NCBI RefSeq assembly: GCF_044704955.1
Contig: NC_091999.1
Span: 40,424,001-40,488,000, forward strand
Reading direction: 5' to 3'
Source of the DNA: Pristiophorus japonicus
Lineage: Eukaryota
DNA length: 64,000 nt
This document shows, piece after piece, positions 36,681 through 48,509 of this stretch. The notes under the pieces are model-generated. The model saw only the letters and a list, made by a program, of their open reading frames with translations, ran no database searches and had not been told where the DNA came from. Within the stretch, counting starts at the first letter, position 1. Each line of letters starts with the position of its first letter. Position numbers and translations under genes: made by a program.

Positions 36681-39249
36681 ACCGTAGTGTTTCGGAACTG
36701 CTCCTTCTGACTGTCACAATCTGGGTTACTGATCTCATTTCTACGGCGACTCCTCAACCTTAAAGTCAATCTTTCACGTTTCTCACATATACCAGTTTCT
36801 TAAATAACTGAATTAAGTGACACTCCCCGCAATACAGGATCACAACCCCGAAGGTTTACAACCCGTCAGGAGGACTCCTGATTCTCACACAGTGAGCAGG
36901 CGCACAGAAACAGAACAGACACAAACGGTGCAACAAGGGTGCTTCAGGCAGAGAGAGACCAGTTCAATCTGTTAATTTCAATGAAGTTGTTTGATTTCTA
37001 GTTTATTTCTTGTCAATTTCCAACCACCTCAACGCTGCAGATTCTTTGAAATTAATGTGATATTAATTTGAGAGACTCTTCAACATCCAGCCATTTCCCC
37101 ATCTCTGTCAACTATCTTGTAAACCGTGCAAAGATTAACTTCCCTGAAAGCAAGTATCTGGAAATAATTCACATTCCACGGGAATTTTCTGCCCGTCACA
37201 CGGGACTCGGTGACAGAGTAAGAATGTCGCAATCCAGGAGACATATACAGTGATACCTAATCACCCACTGATTTTATATGTTTTCATCAGTAAATATAAC
37301 CTGTAATATCATCGCGGCAAAACAGGAAATTAATTCACTAAAATCTGCAGCGACACCTTGTCGAACTCAGCACAGCCGAGTTATCAATGCATTGTTTTCT
37401 AAATTAATTTATGAATGAATTAAACATTATCTCCAACCCTTGAAATGTTGCAATAATTGTAATACTGACCAGTATGCAAAACAATTGTAAGGGCTCGCTT
37501 ACGTTTTAATGAATTAGCACTTATGTTACATTCTAATTTAATGTTCATGTTAGCTGAATATTGAAAATAATCTGAGTGCCAGTCTGGCCCTTCCTCCTCA
37601 GAAGCATACCTACCTGGAACTTTTGAAATTAAATTAATGTGCTTGAATTTCAGCCATACAAATACAAGTAATTATTAATAATTTTAAAACCTTTTCTGCC
37701 TGATAACTTGTGATATATTATGGTTTACTTAACTTACCATAACAATTAATCAATATTACAATATTAAGCAGCATATTAATACATAACTACTCATAAATAT
37801 ACTTTATTTTTACTTAAATGGAATCAAATTTGAATAATTGACAATAATCACGCATTTCTACTATTGTCCCGCTCTCGACCGACACCTTTTTAAACTCTGC
37901 ATGTTTCTAATATCGCATAATCTGCGTCTATTCGCAGAGAATATTTCACATGATGGATTTGGGTGTGGACTAATTTAAATAGTTCTCTGTCCAGCCGGGG
38001 TCACAACTCCGATGGGCTGTAAACCGCTTGTTTACTAATGCTGGAATCTCGAGCTGAAATATTCTCCTCAACCTTAATCCCCAAAAAAGTTTTTATTAAT
38101 TAAAATATATCCTTGCATTTTGCAGTCAGTAGCAGAGCCTCCGCTACTTAATAAGACAGACAATCTTTTAAAGTTCATAGAAACATAGAAAATAGCTGCA
38201 GGAGTAGGCCATTCAATGAGTTCATGGGTGAACACTCCAGTTATTCACAAAATGCCCGTAAGTTAATGATTAAATATATTCTGCTACTTCTTGAAAATAG
38301 TTTCCAGAATGGTCAGTGTAAAACTAGAGGATAACAATTCATTCAGACCATCTGGGGCACTGAAACTGAATGAGCAAATGGAGGAGAGACTTTGTTCATC
38401 AATTTAATATTAATAAGAATTAAACATAGCACTCAGATATGATTTGTGCTTTGTCTACCGTTCTATTCCGCATACAGCAGCGTTTTGGGAGATAGGATTT
38501 TGTATCAAATTCGAAATCAGATGAACCTTTTGTAAGTAAATTAATCTGCTTGAATTTCAATGGATTATTTGCTTTCTCCAGCCATACGCAGTCGGAACCT
38601 GCCTTGAATTTCAATATAATTACATGAACAATTCTTTGACTGCCAGCGATGCCTCTCTCTCAGCTTTTGTTCTTGCAAAGTGTTCGAGATTAACTTAGTG
38701 ATAATTTTATCAAACAACACACAATATTGATTCAATAACAAATTTCGGCTACACAGTGAGAATGTCACACCCCGGCAGATATATTAAATTGACAAAATGC
38801 AATTTGCAACACGGCTTCAAGTTATAATTAATTGCACTCAGTCATTCATCTGTGTAAACAGGAGGTAGCAAGTAATTGAACTCCCGACTCAAACTGAACA
38901 CAGCGGTGGAATCAGTATGTTGTTAATGAAATAATTGCAGGCATAATTAACAACTGTATCCAGCCTCTAAAAGTTTCTGCTTCCCTTAATGGTGCCCAGT
39001 GTAGAGCAGGATTTTTGAAGGTGAATAATATTAAGTAAATGAACATTGGACTTATAGCATATTTTAATAACATTCGGAGATATTATTGCATTAAAATCGG
39101 TTGGTTAATAGTAATTTAATTCAACTACAACCTGAATAAGTTAATTATGTAGATGGCAACTAGTTACATTTCACATATTAAAATACCAGCATCGTCAACA
39201 TAGATTAATAGTTGAATATATATTTATCACTTCAATAATTGTGATGTTA

Positions 39250-40262
39250 AAATACCTTTCAATGATTTCTGATGTCTAAACCCGTCCTGTTCTTTGCCTA
39301 CCTACTGTTTTCAAACAGTTTCAAAATACATATCGTGTTTGGATTCGATCAGAAACCTGCTGCTACCCGCTGTCACCGATATTAAACATTGTAGAAACGC
39401 CAAACAGCTTCACAAATTCTAAGTATTCTGAGTAACACAGGCACGAACTCTCCTCAGAAGATCAACACTAAATCACATCGCTGAGGGGCGGAATCCCTCG
39501 ACAGAACCTTTCATGGAGCAGATCCGTAATTCTATAAACCCTTTCAGCAGAATCAAATATATCATTGCAAAAAAATCTCATTACACAATCACCGAACCCG
39601 CCTAACACTGAAATAACTAATGATTGAATTCAACAGAAATATAAAATACTGACAGAGAATTGTGATTAGATGGATCATGTTAAATACATTAATTTTGATA
39701 GTATAGCATATTTAAATAATAATTGGTGATATTACTACGTTATAATAATGTTAATTTAAATGTGTTCCAGCTGGAAATATGTTAATTTTTCAGTTCTTAA
39801 TTACAGCTCACGTATTGAATCTGATCATTCGGGAACATTCGGTCAGGAGATGACAATGTAATTTTCATGAAAAAACTTAAAATTCCTTAAGGGTATTTAC
39901 TGATCACTAAGCTTTCTGCTTTGTGCCTACAATGTTCTTTTAAACACATTCAAACACAATGTTTGCATTCGATCAGAAAAACTGCAGCAATCATGGGTCA
40001 CCAAGATTAAACATTGCAGAAACGTCAAACAGTGTAATAATCATTAAGTATTTAAAGTAACCTAGACACACAGTCTCGTCAGCAAATAAATACCAAATCA
40101 CATCAACAACATTTTCTGTGGAGAAACAGTTGAATTCTATAATCACTTTGCAGCAGAATCACATTGAACATTGCAAAAAATCTCAAAACAAAATCCACCG
40201 AACCCACGTTTCAGTGAACAAAGTAATTATTAAAATAAACAAAAATATAAAATAAAGACACA
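39250..40262. repeat. Diverged direct duplication immediately downstream of JH (copies ~39250-39655 and ~39880-40262)
   Basis: Shared blocks ATTCGATCAGAAA (39343/39967), ATTAAACATTG.AGAAACG.CAAACAG, CAGCAGAATCA, CATTGCAAAAAA.TCTCA and CACCGAACCC. Confidence 0.85.
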
Positions 40263-40298
40263 AATACAAGTGTTACTGAATCAGTGAATGCTCCTTAC

Positions 40299-40348
40299 CT
40301 GCAGTCACCTTCACCATGGTCCCTTGTCCCCAGTAGCCCATTGCGTAA
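40299..40348 (-). other. IGHJ: IgH JH segment, probably a germline-joined D2-JH
   Basis: T-TAC GCA ATG GGC TAC TGG GGA CAA GGG ACC ATG GTG AAG GTG ACT GCA G|gtaag = YAMGYWGQGTMVKVTA; phase-1 splice fits Cmu1. Confidence 0.93.
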
Positions 40349-40376
40349 CACAGTGAGACACGTTGTGTCAAATACT
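40349..40376 (+). promoter_or_regulatory. Recombination signal sequence, 12-bp spacer, in front of (D)JH
   Basis: CACAGTG (40349-40355) + 12 nt + TCAAATACT (6/9 to ACAAAAACC). No nonamer-like sequence at 22/23 spacing (CGGCGGACT). Confidence 0.8.
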
Positions 40377-40693
40377 CCGGCGGACTGTTAACTGTAAAAT
40401 ACAGAGATTAAATTCCACACAGCTCTAAAAACCCGATTCCGACTCTCGTAAGAGTGAATCAGCGAGATATTTCATTTTTTACCGTTCATTATATTTACAA
40501 AAATGATTGGAATACTTCTGAAGCATCTGTGCATGTTCAACATGGCAATCAATAGTAATAAAGAAGAAAACTGTTACACATTTAAATATATATATATATA
40601 TAACTTATTTCTAATTATTTTTATTTAAGCCTCAGTTCCTTCGACGCTCCTGGCGTGGTAATGGTCGCAGGTTTGAGCAAACTCCCTGTCTGG

Positions 40694-40731
40694 GGTTTTT
40701 GTATGGAGAGCTCGCTCTGTATTTCACCGTG
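40694..40731 (-). promoter_or_regulatory. Recombination signal sequence, 22-bp spacer, behind V(D)
   Basis: CACGGTG (40731-40725) + 22 nt + perfect nonamer ACAAAAACC (40702-40694). Confidence 0.92.
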
Positions 40732-41051
40732 ACCCACTGCCGTAGTCCTTCCTTGCACAGTAATAGATGGCGGTGTCTTCACTCCTCATGTTCTTCATGT
40801 CCAACGTGAAGATGTTGTTTGAAGTGTCTTTGGATACAGTAAATCGGCTCTCAATCCCTGGGACGTTATTCTTGTTCGATGGAGTGTAATAGTAAACCAG
40901 CCACTCCAGCTCCTGTGCGGGAACCTGGCGGACCCAGTTCATGCCATATCCGCTAAGATCGAACCCGCTGGTTTACAGGTCAGTCTCAGGAAGCCTCAGG
41001 AAATCCTGGTCTTTGCCTCGGGCTGAGTCAACACCACATCCGACTGGACAC
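40732..41051 (-). pseudogene. IGHV: IgM VH exon with a 19-nt D1-like extension (germline V-D join)
   Basis: VQSDVVLTQPEA...[28 protein letters not shown]...[38 protein letters not shown]. Acceptor at 41052, TGA at 40996-40998, and a 1-nt deletion after the first Cys. Confidence 0.95.
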
Positions 41052-41179
41052 CTGTAAAAATAATCAAAATACCCCGAGGATCAATCCTCGAGAAATGATT
41101 CCTGACTCTGTAAAATTCCAGAGAGAGACTTTCACTGAGACAGTAACAATGAGAGAATTGGACAATAAAATCTACACAC

Positions 41180-41231
41180 GGGAAAGTAAAGCCAGCAACA
41201 GAACGAAAGCAATCGCCGACCTCATCCTCAT
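41180..41231 (-). pseudogene. IGHV: VH leader exon
   Basis: (MR)MRSAIAFVLLLALLS + C|gtgtgt at 41179; splices in phase to ...VQS-DVVLTQ. Confidence 0.88.
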
Positions 41232-41314
41232 GGCAATGTGTGGTGACTGGTTCCGGCAAGAACTCACTGAGCAAACCCACTCCCAGACTGTTGTATTGCG
41301 CTCCCAGTGGCCGG

Positions 41315-41400
41315 CAGCTAAATACCCGGGTGATGGGGGCGAGGTGAAAGGCGCCACCCATTGATTCCCTGATAGAAGCGGTTTCTGGATCCACGTCACT
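41315..41400 (-). promoter_or_regulatory. VH promoter: CRE-like decamer and weak TATA, no octamer
   Basis: AGTGACGTGG at 41400-41391, GAATCAATGG at ~41358-41367 and TATTTAG at ~41318-41324. No ATGCAAAT seen nearby. Confidence 0.55.
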
Positions 41401-42936
41401 CCTTCCACATCACCAACAGAATGGACTCACATCTGGACTGTAAATTAAATCCGTTTATTCCTCACTCTTTCACAGGGGATGTAAATCTTTGAGAATGAAT
41501 TACCTAATCAGGATCTAAAGACACTGCCAGTTTGTGCTTTTACATCTCCCGCTATCTATCCATGCAACTGTACCAATAAAGTATCCCCTATAATCTGAAT
41601 TGATATCACTCTATGTAACCGAGTGCGGTAGATGGGTAATGTGATTCTATTTACAGTGTACTTGGCTGAAGCTACACTTTTGTTCTGGAGATGAGATCAT
41701 ATTCCTCACATTATAAAATTGTCTCTCACTGCATTTCACTAACTGCCCCTGAGTCTGTGACTCTAAGACAGCCGTTTGTAAATTTAGCTGTAAAATAAGT
41801 CCGCTTGTCTGATGATTAAGGAGTGAGTTGACGAAGACACATAAGAAAGTGGGGCCCGCCCGCTTCAGACCAGCGTTTTATGAGAGAAGCTGGTGAATCA
41901 GAATCGATAATGTGATCAGCAAACCTCGACATCCAAAGCCTTGCAGCTAACTTTAATAGCGACCGAATGTGTAACAGACACGGGTAACAGGAACACGGTG
42001 TATCAGGACATAGTGATATGTTGCAGAATATCACAGGAATAAATGCTTCATCTCCAGCAGAAACAGATCACAATCTGGGGCCTTTCACCACCCACTGGTA
42101 GCCGGGCTATGACAGGGCTTGTTCAGGGATCCAAATCATTTCAAATTACACCACACACTGCGCGGCTACTAATCACGAATAATGGAGACATTAGTTTAGA
42201 CCAGGCGCAAAATTCTGTGAGAATATTAAAGAAGTGCAGCTGGCACTTCTCTGTGAGAATAATTCAAGGCAATTCAACCTGTTTTAGTTAATTTCCGAAT
42301 CCCACTCATCTCATTACAGTGTGGGGTGAGGACATTAAACCTCTCTCCAGCATTTCATGCTGTACTGAATAAATCGACTGAAAGATTTAGAATGGTCTTT
42401 ATTTGGAAATAGTTTTCATTAGGTACCGTGTGGATCAATTCATTATTTTCCGATCCTGTTTTGTAATATTGTGAGCATGCAATTTACGTAAAATCATTCT
42501 TGAGATGTTATACTATGTAAAATGTTTCTTATTTTAAAAGTTCGACTGAATAATGTAATATTTAAATAGTTAAATACCATCTTTCTCTCATTCTTGTTCA
42601 CGCTAATCTGACCCGCACAATATTTGGCAGTAACCAAACCGACTGCCGTCAGCGAGCATCGAACACCAGTGTCATTTTCAGAAAGCATCTGGGGTTCTGT
42701 GCACTCCATCAAAGGTCAGTTTTCTCACTACTGACCGCATGCCTGGAAGCCAACTTCAAAACATTCACATTGTCAAAAGACCTATTTATATGCACATCTA
42801 CCCAATAACAGAACTGGTGTTAAGTTAAATTTTTTCGTTGTGTAAATGTGTGTAACTGTTCACATATTGCAGGAAAGGAAATATATCCAAAGTCTCAGAC
42901 ACCATGTCAGTAGCAGCAGTCAGCTGGAGTATCAGT

Positions 42937-43228
42937 NNNNNNNNNNNNNNNNNNNNNNNNNNNNNNNNNNNNNNNNNNNNNNNNNNNNNNNNNNNNNNNN
43001 NNNNNNNNNNNNNNNNNNNNNNNNNNNNNNNNNNNNNNNNNNNNNNNNNNNNNNNNNNNNNNNNNNNNNNNNNNNNNNNNNNNNNNNNNNNNNNNNNNNN
43101 NNNNNNNNNNNNNNNNNNNNNNNNNNNNNNNNNNNNNNNNNNNNNNNNNNNNNNNNNNNNNNNNNNNNNNNNNNNNNNNNNNNNNNNNNNNNNNNNNNNN
43201 NNNNNNNNNNNNNNNNNNNNNNNNNNNA
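42937..43228. other. Assembly gap (292 N)
   Basis: Run of n characters. Confidence 1.
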
Positions 43229-44660
43229 AGAGGGATCCCACAAAGATCAGTGATGGGTCCACTATTGTTCACAACTTATATTAACAATTTAGATTTTGGA
43301 GTCAAACACACAATTTCCAAATTTTACCAATGCACTTGGGGCGGGCGGGTCGGCGTGTAAATACTGTGGAACACTGCAACTAATTAAAAGAATACATGAA
43401 TTGACTAATTCATTTCAGCACAGACAAGTATGAGTTATTACAGTTTGGTAAGACAAATAAGGAGGTCACTCATCACGTTTAAAATAAGAACCTATGCGGG
43501 ATGGAGGAACACAGGTCTCTGAGAATGCAATTACGCACATCACTAAAGGTAGCGACGCAGGTTAATAAGCTATAAAAAGAAGAACACTTACACTCGGGTT
43601 TATTTCTAGAGGGATAGAATTGAAAAGTGCAATAGTTATGATAAACTTGGTTAGACCACACTTGTCGTACTTTGTATAATTGACCAATCCCCCGCCATTT
43701 CCCTGAAGCCCTGCATATGTTTCCATTCAGATATATGGATAGTGCAGGGAAGGGGAGTTGAGGTAGAAGAGCAGCCATGATCCCGTTGAATGACGGAACA
43801 GGCTCGCTGAACCATATGGCCTACTCCTGCTCCCAATTCCTATGTTCTTATGTTGTGATTTCCGAGGAAATATGGACATTAGATACTCAATCTCTCCTGA
43901 TAGAACATCCCCCCACCCCCGCCGCCGTCCCAGGAATCAGATCAGTCTGATGAACCTTAGATGCACTCCCTCCAAGGCAAGTGTATCCTTCCTTAGATAA
44001 GGAGAAGAAAACTGTGCACGATACACCAGGTGTAGTCTCAGCAGAGCCCCATATAAGTGCATGAAGGCTTCTTTTTTCTAATACTCCAATCCCTTTGCAA
44101 TAAAATGTTGCTTACCATTTGCTTTCCTAATTGCTCACTTTGGCTCCATGTTAGCTTTCTGTGATTCGTGTACAAGGCCATCCAGGTCTTTCTGAATAAC
44201 AATATTACCCAGTTTCTCAGCATTCAAAAATTATTATGCGTCTCTATTTGTCCTACCAAAGTGCGTAACTTCACACTTCTCCACATTATACTCAATCTGC
44301 CATGTTCATGCCCACTCACTTAACCTGTCAATATCCCTTTGCAGCCTCCTTACTACATCCTCACTGTTTACTGTCCCACCTACCTTTGTATTGTAAAGTA
44401 CGCTAATTTAAGTCATCTTTCTATACACGTGTAGAAGCTCGAACAATCTGTTTGTAGATTATTGATAGCTTATTTAATTTTATATTTCTCCCATATTATC
44501 AGTTGCATGTGCATCTTTTGCAGAATTCCAAAATCTTCCCAATTTTTGGGCTTATTACTCTTTTTGTCAACATTCCATGGCTGTTAATTTCATCTATTAC
44601 TATCTTTAACTTCCTTTGTTAGCCACGGTTGGACCATTTTTCCTGTGAGGTTTTTATTCA
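43229..44660. mobile_element. Cluster of old CR1 fragments (plus strand 43229-43855, minus strand ~43930-44660)
   Basis: GIPQRSVMGPLLF-like segment, (TTCTTATG) tail at ~43845, and reverse-strand EKCEVTHFGR and LYGALLRLHL segments. Confidence 0.7.
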
Positions 44661-45479
44661 TTATGGATGTTTATCTAATCTGACGGCTCTGTATGATGAG
44701 CTGAAGGTGAATTTGCAATAATAATTTTGCTAATTCCGCCCTTGATACTTCCTGATCATCTGCACCTCTTGTGGTTTGTTCTAAAAAAAATCCTCTGGGT
44801 AAACGTTCAAGCAAGTTATTGTAGTGGGTGTTATGAATCATGTTTAAAGTAAGCTCTGGAGCTTGCAGTAGATGTCGTTTATCAGCAGGTGGCGACAGAG
44901 ATCATATTGATACATGAGTCATGTGGAGACAGATGTTGCTGAGCATTTCAGTCACCGTCCGTTTTGTCAAAACAAGTAAAACAATATAATTAATGCTTCT
45001 CAGTCAGTCAAATTTGAAGGGAGCATGTATCCTTAGAAATAATCTGAAGGACAAATAAAGATTGCATTTTTTTCAATCCACATTTTAAGAAGATTGTCGG
45101 GCTCTTGTCGAGGATGCAGAGGAGATTGGTGGAAGGCATGAGGGAGTTCAGTTTTGTGGAGACGAGAGAGGATGGGTTTATTTTTATTATAGCAGGGTAT
45201 GCTTAGGGGAGAATTAACAGATGTTTTCAAAATTGTGAAGGGGTTTCATTGAGTTAATAGTAAGGTGGGGATTCTATCGGTAGGTCTATCGGTAACCAGA
45301 ACACAAAGATTAAGATGAATGAAAAAATAAATCCAGACGGGAGATAAGGAGATTTTTTATGCAGCGAGTAGTAATAACCTGGAATGCAGTGTCTGAAAGG
45401 GTGATGGCAGCAAATGTAATTATAACTTTCAAATAAGGAAATCAATATATATTTGAAAAGGAAAGATGATCTGGGTAAT

Positions 45480-47400
45480 ACAAAGAGAGACAGTGTCGAG
45501 GATAATATAAACAGTGACAATGCCTGGCGTATTATAAAAAGAGACAGGGTCTCGTGTGATATAAACTGAGACAGTGTCTACTGGCATATAAACAGAGACA
45601 GGGTCTAGTGTAATACAAAAAAAGACAGGGAAGACAGGGTCTAGTGTAATATAAACAGAGATAGTGTCAGAAAGAATATAAACAAAGATAGTGTCTGGTG
45701 TAATATAAACAGAGACATGGTCTAGTGTAATATAAACAGAGACAGGGTCTAGTGTAATACAAACAGAGACAGGGTCTAGTGTAATAAAAACAGGGATAGT
45801 GTCAGAAAGAATATAAACAGAGACATGGTCTAGTGTAATATAAACAGAGACAGGGTCTATTTTAATATAAACAGAGACAGGGTCTAGTGTATTATAAACA
45901 GAGACAGGGTCTAGTGTAATATAAACAGGGATAATGTCTGGAAGAATAAAAACAGAGACAGGGTCTAGTGTAATATAAACAGTGACAGGGTCTAGTGTAA
46001 TACAAACAGAGACAGGGCCCAGTGTAATATAAACAGGGATAGTGTCAGAAAGAATATAAACAGAGGCAGTGTCTGGTGTATTATAAACAGAGACATGGTC
46101 TAGTGTAATATAAACAGAGACAGGGTCTAGTGTAATACAAACAGAGACAGGGTATAGTGTAATATAAACAGGGATAGTGTCAGAAAGAATATAAACAGAA
46201 ACATGGTCTAGTGTAATATAAACAGAGACAGGGTCTAGTTTAATATAAACAGAGACAGGGTCGAGTCCAAAATAAACAGGGATAGTGTCTGGAAGAATAT
46301 AAACAAAGACAGGGTCTAGTGTAATATAAACAGGGACAGGGTCTAGTGTAATACAAACAGAGACAGGGTCTAGTGTAATATAAACAGGGATAGTGTCAGA
46401 ACGAATATAAACAGAGGCAGTGTCTGGTGTAATATAAACAGAGACAGGGTCTAGTGCAATAAAAACAGAGACAGGGTCTAGTTCAATATAAACAGAGACA
46501 GGGTCGAGTCCAATATAAACAGGGATAGTGTTAAGAAGAATATAGACAGAGACAGGGTCCAGTGTAAAATAAACAGAGACAGGATCTAGTTTAATATAAA
46601 CAGGGACAGGGTCCAGTATAATATGAACTGGAAGAGGGTCTAGTGTAATGTAAACAGAGGCAGGGTCTAGTTTAATATAAACAGAGACAGCGTCTAGTAC
46701 AATATAAACAGAGACAGGGTCTAGTGTAATATAAACAGAGACAGAGTCTAGTGTAATATAAACAGCGATAGTGTCTGGAAGAATATAAACAGAGACAGGG
46801 TCTAGTGTAAAATAAGCAGAGACAGGGTCTAGTTTAATATAAACAGAAACAGGGTCCAGTGTAATATAAACAGAGACAGGGTCTAGTAGAATATAAACAG
46901 AGACAGGGTCTAGACTAATATAAACAGAGACAGTCTCTGGTATAATATGAACTGGGAGTGGGTCTAATGTAATGTAAACAAAGGCAGGGTCTAGTGTAAT
47001 ATAAACAGAGACAGGGTCTAGTACAATATAAACAGAGACAGGGTCTAGTGTAATATAAACTGGGACAGGGTCTAGTGTAATATAAACAGAGACAGGGTCC
47101 AGTGTAATAAAAACAGAAACAGAGTCTACTTAATATAAACAGAAACAGGGTCTAGTGCGATATAAACTGGGACAGGGTCCAGTATAATCTAAACACCGAC
47201 AGGTCCATTATAATATAAACAGGGACAGAGTCTTGACTAATATAAACAGAGACAGTGTCCAGTATAATAAAAACTGGGACAGAGTCTAGTGTAATATAAA
47301 CAGAGACAGGGTCTAGTACAATATAAACAGAGACATGGACACGGGTAATATAAACAGAGACAGGGTCTCGGGTAATATTAACAGGAACAGGATCTTAAGA
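45480..47400 (+). repeat. 27-bp satellite array (~70 copies) with periodic variant units
   Basis: Unit TAAACAGAGACAGGGTCTAGTGTAATA (TCTAGT at 45721, 45748, 45775). Variant AAACAGGGATAGTGTCAGAAAGAAT recurs every few units. Confidence 0.97.
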
Positions 47401-47559
47401 GAGACAGGTTCTAGTGTAATATTAGATAGAAGTACAGATAGATGGATAGAAGTACGAATCGACGGACGGACGGACAGACGAATGGACCGACCGACCGAAC
47501 GACAGACAGATAGACAGTCAGACCACATGAAGATTCGCATGGCTGGAATGTTACTATCA

Positions 47560-48472
47560 AATTATTCCAGACATTCTATATGTTTAAATTACTCTGGACC
47601 CTGTTTAATTATAACTACATCTCTCTTTTCGGATTGCACAAGGCCCTGTCTCAGTTATTACTGCACTAGACCCTGTCTCTGTTTATATTATGCTCGGCTC
47701 TGTATCAGTTATCACAGTACTGGACCCTCCGTTATAATACATTAGACCCATTCTCAGTTACTACTGAACTAGACGCTGTCACTGTTTATATGACCGTACA
47801 CCACGTTTCTGTCAATATTTCACTAGTTCCTGTCTCGCTTTATATTACACTCGACATGTCTCAGTTTATATTGCACTAGAAAATGTCAATGTTTCTACTA
47901 CAATAGTTCATGTATTAGTTAGTATTAGAGCACTTTATCCTTTGTTATATTATGTTGGACTCTGTCACTATTTATATTATACTATCCCCTGTCTCTTTAT
48001 AATAGATTGGTCCTGTCTCTGGTTATATTACACTAGACCCTGTCTCTATTTATATTACACTCGACCCTGTCTCTATTTATATTACACTAGACCCTGTCTC
48101 TGTTTATATTATACTAGACACTGTATTTTTTACATTACACTAGACACTGTCTCTGTTTATATTACACTAGACACTGTCTCTGTTTATATTACACTAGACA
48201 CTGTCTCTGTTTATATTACACTAGAAAATGTATTTTTTATATTACACTCGACATTGTCTCTGTTTATATTACACGATACCCTTTATTTTCTATATTACAC
48301 TAGACACTGTCTCTGTTTATATTACACAAGACCCTGTCTCTGTTTATATTACACTAGACGCTGTGTCTTTTTTTTTTACACTGGTCCCTGTCATTGTAGA
48401 TATTACACTATATCCTCTCTCTGTCTATGTTACACTTGGACGTGTCTCTGTTATTACTGCACTAGACCCTGG
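47560..48472 (-). repeat. Same 27-bp satellite in inverted orientation, more degenerate
   Basis: Unit TATTACACTAGACCCTGTCTCTGTTTA, the reverse complement of the 45480-47400 unit. A further small patch lies at 50815-50965. Confidence 0.93.
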
Positions 48473-48509
48473 TGTATATATAGGTCAAATCGAGCAATCC
48501 ATTTGGCTG

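Noticed and set aside
36887-36930. CACAGTG heptamer in the J-C intron (another at ~38753)
   Set aside because: No convincing nonamer at 12 or 22/23 spacing and no adjacent coding segment.
29097-41231. IgNAR, IgW or IgM1gj identity for the cluster
   Set aside because: Four C exons with mu-specific sequence including Cmu1 and Cmu2, a conventional VH with WVRQ and CDR2, and a mu-type SCQ tail.
42825-43284. ORFs of poly-X
   Set aside because: Assembly gap.
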